A stretch of 64,000 bases of DNA, taken from Eledone cirrhosa. Lineage: Eukaryota. The stretch is taken from positions 130,510,001 to 130,574,000 of the forward strand of contig OZ024744.1 of assembly GCA_964016885.1 (NCBI GenBank), read 5' to 3'. Of this stretch, positions 59,802 through 64,000 are shown piece by piece. Positions within the stretch are counted from its first letter, which is position 1, and every line of letters begins with the position of its first letter. The notes beneath the pieces were generated by a model that searched no databases, had not been told where the DNA came from, and saw only the letters and a list, made by a program, of their open reading frames with translations. The translations under genes were made by a program, and so were the position numbers.

Positions 59802-62800
59802 CTAAGTTGGGGTTAAGTTAAGTCGGGGTTAAGTTAAGTCGGGGTTAAGTTAAGTTAGGGTTCAGTTAAGTTGGGGTTAAGTTAAGTTGGGGTTGAGTTA
59901 AGTTGGGGTTGAGTTAAGTTGGGGTTAAGTTAAGTTGGGGTTAAGTTAAGTTGCAGTTAAGTTAAGTTGAGGTTAAGTTAAGGTGCGATTAAGTTAAGTT
60001 GGGGTTAAGTTAAGTTGGGGCTAAGTTAAGTTGGGGCTAAGTTAAGTTGGGGCTAAGTTAAGTTGGTGTTAAGTTAAGTCGGGGTTAAGTTAAGTTGGGG
60101 TTAAGTTAAGTTGGGGTTAATTTAAGTTGGGGTTAAGTTAAGTTGGGGTTAAGTTAAGTTGGGGTTAAGTTAAGTTGGGGTTGAGTTAAGTTGGGTTTAA
60201 GTTAAGTTGGGGTTAAGTTAAGTTGGGGTCAAGTTAAGTTGGGGTTAAGTTAAGTTGGTTAGTTAAGTTGAGTTTAAGTTAAGTTGGGGTTAATTTATGT
60301 TGGGGTTAAGTTAAGTTGGGGTTGAGTTACGTTGGGGTTGAGTGAAGTTGGGGTTAAGTTAAGTTGGGGTTAACCCCAACTTCACTCAACACCAACTTAA
60401 GTCAACCCCAACTTAACTTAACCCCAACTTGACTTAACCCCAACTTAAATTAGCCCCAACTTAACTTAAGCCCAAAATCGGGGTTAAGTTAAGTTGGCGT
60501 TATGTTAAGTCAGGCTTAACTTAAGTTGGGGTTCAGTTAAGTTGGGGGTAAGTTAAGTTGGGGTTAAGTTAAGTTGCGGTTAAGTTGGGGTTAAGTTAAG
60601 TTAGGGTTAAGTTAAGTTGGGGTTGAGTTAAGTTGGGGTTAATTAAGTGGTGGTTATGTTAAGTTGGGGTTAATTTAAATTGGGGTTAAGTTAACTTTGT
60701 GGTTAAGTTAAGTCGGGGTTAAGTTAAGTTGGGGTTAAGTTGGGGTTGAGTTAAGTTGGGGTTGAGTGAAGTTGGGGTTAAGTTAAGTTGGGGTAAAGTT
60801 AAGTTGGGGTTAAGTTAAGTCGGGGTTAAGTTAAGTTATGGTTGAGTTAAGTTGGGGTTAATTTAAGTTGGGGCTAAGTTAATTTGTGGTTAAGTTAAGT
60901 TGGGGTTAAGTTAAGTTGGGGTTAAGTTAAGTTGGGGTTGAGTTAAGTTGGGGTTGAGTTAAGTTGGGGTTAAATTAAGTTGGGGTCAAGTTAAGTTGGG
61001 GTTAAGTTGGGGTTAAGTTAAGTTAGGTTTAAGTTAAGTTGGGGTTAAGTTAAGTTGGGGTTAAGTTAAGTTGGGGTTAAGTTAAGTTGGGGTTAAGTTA
61101 AGTTGGGGTTAAGTTAATTTGTGGTTAAGTTAAGTTGGGGTTAAGTTAAGTTGGGGTTAAGTTAAGTCGGGGTTAATTTAAGTTGGGGTTAAGTTAAGTT
61201 GGGGTTAATTTAAGTTGGGGTTAAGTTAAGTTGGGGTTAAGTTAAGTTGGGGTTAAGTTAAGTTGGGGTTAAGTTAAGTTGGGGTTAAATTAAGTTGGGG
61301 TTAAGTTAAGTTGGGGTTAAGTTAAGTTGGTGTTAAGTTAAGTTGGGGCTAAGTTAAGTTGGGGCTGAGTTAAGTTGGGGCTGAGTTAAGTTGGGGCTAA
61401 GTTAAGTTGGGGTTGAGTTAAGTTGGGGTTAAGTTGGGGTTAAGTTAAGTTAGGTTTAAGTTAAGTTGGGGTTAAGTTAAGTTGGGGTTAAGTTAAGTTG
61501 GGGTTAAGTTAAGTTGGGGTTAAGTTAAGTTGGGGTTAAGTTAATTTGTGGTTAAGTTAAGTTGTGGTTAAGTTAAGTTGGGGTTAAGTTAAGTTGGGGT
61601 TAAGTTAAGTCGGGGTTAAATTAAGTTTGGGTTAAGTTAAGTTGGGGTTAATTTAAGTTGGGGTTAAGTTAAGTTGGGGTTAAGTTAAGTTGGGGTTAAG
61701 TTAATTGGGGTTAAGTTAAGTTGAGGTTAAGTTAAGTTGGGGTTAAATTAAGTTGGGGTTAAGTTAAGTTGGGGTTAAGTTAAGTTGGGGTTAAGTTAAG
61801 TTGGGGATAAGTTAAGTTGGGGATAATTTAAGTTGGGGTTAAGTTAAGTTGGGTTTAAGTTAAGTTGGGGTTAAGTTAAGTTGGGGCTAAGTTAAGTTGG
61901 GGCTAAGTTAAGTTGGGGTTAAGTTAAGTTGGGGTTAAGTTAAGTCGTGGTTAAGTTAAGTTGGGGTTAAGTTAAGTTGGGGTTAATTTAAGTTGGGGTT
62001 GAGTTAAGTTGGTGTTGAGTTAAGTTGGGTTTAAGTTAAGTTGGGGTTAAGTTAAGTTGCAGTTAAGTTAAGTTGAGGTTAAGTTAAGGTGCGGTTAAGT
62101 TAAGTTGGGGTTAAGTTAAGTTGGGGCTAAGTTAAGTTGGGGCTAAGTTACGTTGGGGTTCAGTTAAGTTGGGGTTAAGTTAAGTCGGGGTTAAGTTAAG
62201 TTGGGGTTAAGTTAAGTTGGGGTTAATTTAAGTTGGGGTTAAGTTAAGTTGGGGTTAATTTAAGTTGGGGTTAAGTTAAGTTGGGGTTAAGTTAAGTCGG
62301 GGTTAATTTAAGTCGGGGTTAAGTTAAGTTAGGGTTCAGTTAAGTTGGGGTTAAGTTAAGTTGGGGTTGAGTTAAGTTGGGGTTGAGTTATATTGGGGTT
62401 GAGTTAAGTTGGGGTTGAGTTAAGTTGGTGTTGAGTTAAGTTGGGGTTAAGTTAAGTTGGGGTTAAGTTAAGTTGCAGTTAAGTTAAGTTGAGGTTAAGT
62501 TAAGGTGGGGTTAAGTTAAATCGGGGTTAAGTTAAGTTGTGGTTGAGTTAAGTTGGGGTTAATTTAAGTTGGGGCTAAGTTAATTTGTGGTTAAGTTAAG
62601 TTGGGGTTAAGTTAAGTTGGGGTTTATTTAAGTTGGGGTTGAGTTAAGTTGGGGTTGAGTTAATTTGGGGTTAAGTTAAGTTGGGGTTAAGTTAAGTTGG
62701 GTTTAAGTTAAGTTGGGGTTAAATTAAGTTGGGGTTAAATTAAGTTGGGGTTAAGTTAAGTTGGGGTTAAGTTAAGTTGGGGGCAAGTTAAGTTGGGGTT

Positions 62801-64000
62801 AATTTAAGTTGGGGTTAAATTATGTTGGGGTTACGTTAAGTTGGTGTTAAGTTAAGTTGGGGTTAATTTAAGTTGGGGTTAATTAAGTTGGGGTTAAGTT
62901 AAGTTGGGGTTAAGTTAAGTTGGGGTTAATTTAAGTTGGGGTTGAGTTAAGTTGGGGTTAAGTTAAGTTGGGGTTATATTAAGTTGGGGTTAAGTTAAGT
63001 TGGGGTTCAGTTAAGTTGGGGATAAGTTAAGTTGGGGTTAAGTTAAGTTGGGGTTAATTAAGTTGGGGTTAAGTTAAGTTGGGGTTAAGTTAAGTTGGGG
63101 CTAAGTTAAGTTGGGGCTGAGTTAAGTTGGGGCTGAGTTAAGTTGGGGTTAAGTTAATTTGGGGTTGAGTTAAGTTGGGGTTAAGTTAAGTTGGGGTTAA
63201 GTTAAGTTGGGGTTAAATTAAGTTGGGGTTAAGTTAAGTTGGGGTTAAGTTAAGTTGGGGTTAAGTTAAGTCGGGGATAAGTTAAGTTGGGGATAATTTA
63301 AGTTGGGGTTAAGTTAAGTTGGGTTTAAGTTAAGTTGGGGTTAAGTTAAGTTGGGGTTAAGTTAAGTTGGGGCTAAGTTAAGTTGGGGTTCAGTTAAGTT
63401 GGGGTTAAGTTAAGTTGGGGTTAAGATGGGGTTAAATTAAGTTGGGGTTAAGTTAAGTTGGGGTTAAGTTAAGTTGGGGTTAAGTTAAGTTGGGGTTAAG
63501 TTAAGTCGGGGTTAAGTTAAGTCGGGGTTAAGTTAAGTTAGGGTTCAGTTAATTGGGGTTAAGTTAAGTTGGGGTTGAGTTAAGTTGGGGTTGAGTTAAA
63601 TTGGGGTTGAGTTAAGTTGGGGTTGAGTTAAGTTGGTGTTGAGTTAAGTTGGGGTTAAGTTAAGTTGGGGTTAAATTAAGTTGGGGTTAAATTAAGTTGG
63701 GGTTAAGTTAAGTTGGGGGTAAGTTAAGTTGGGGGCAAGTTAAGTTGGGGTTAATTTAAGTTGGGGTTAAATTAAGTTGGGGTTACGTTAAGTTGGTGCT
63801 AAGTTAAGTTGGGGTTAATTTAAGTTGGGGTTAATTAAGTTGGGGTTAAGTTAAGTTGGGGTTAAGTTAAGTTGGGGTTAATTTAAGTTGGGATTGAGTT
63901 AAGTTGGGGTTAAGTTAATTTGGGGTTATATTAAGTTGGGGTTAAGTTAAGTTGGGGTTCAGTTAAGTTGGGGTTAAGTTAAGTTGGGGTTAAGTTAAGT
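57217..64000 (+). repeat. Long-range direct repeat of window positions 1-~6432 (period ~57.2-57.6 kb)
   Basis: Printed lines 301-3420 match 57661-60780 at offset 57360 apart from a few substitutions. The offset is 57216 before that block and 57568 after it (GTCGTGG 4378/61946; GGTGCT 6231/63799). Confidence 0.92.
60372..60475 (-). repeat. Inverted satellite island, short allele A, copy 2
   Basis: Appears identical to 3012-3115 at offset 57360. Confidence 0.97.

Larger units (their letters stand above)
1..64000 (+). repeat. Satellite DNA array, 16-bp monomer TTAAGTTAAGTTGGGG (~4,000 copies), G-rich on + strand, running off both ends of the window
   Basis: The monomer is directly visible throughout, with substitution variants (TTGAG, GGGCT, TCGGGG, TTCAG, TTAAT, TTAAA, GTGG, GGTG) and occasional 11- and 15-bp length variants. 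Consensus composition is T6 A4 G6 C0. Confidence 0.99.

Noticed and set aside
1-64000. Protein-coding ORFs or repeat-encoded peptides
   Set aside because: Each monomer has two palindromic TTAA motifs, and the 16-bp period rotates the frame, so TAA stops occur in all six frames within a few dozen bases.
1-64000. CRISPR array or repeat-spacer system
   Set aside because: There are no unique spacers, leader or cas genes; everything between repeats is the same monomer.
1-64000. Freshly telomerase-synthesised terminal tract
   Set aside because: Variant patterns are copied collinearly over kilobases and internal inversions are present, which indicates duplication or recombination. No chromosome end is visible.
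1-64000. Information-bearing code in the order of variant monomers
   Set aside because: The order is adequately explained by nested duplication and recombination; nothing in the sequence supports a coding function.

Overview
The whole 64 kb window is one tandem satellite array. Its consensus monomer is 16 bp, TTAAGTTAAGTTGGGG (TTAAG + TTAAG + TTGGGG), in roughly 4,000 copies, and the + strand is almost free of C. I see no genes, RNA genes, CRISPR array or unique-sequence insertion; TAA stops fall in every frame on both strands. All the structure lies in the pattern of variant monomers. (i) There are nine short inverted (C-rich) islands of two alleles: 104 bp x2 and 175 bp x7. Each opens at a GGGGTT|AACCCC palindromic junction, and the two alleles differ by an exact 64-bp flip. 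(ii) There are nested higher-order duplications with periods of about 0.76, 1.36, 2.9, 5.4, 6.0, 9.77 and 57.4 kb. (iii) Variant-monomer cassettes are reshuffled as modules. The monomer looks telomere-like (G4 tract, strong strand asymmetry), but variants are inherited in large blocks, which points to recombination-based amplification. The organism and chromosomal position cannot be determined from the sequence. Coordinates and offsets were read by eye from marker variants, and duplication boundaries are approximate.
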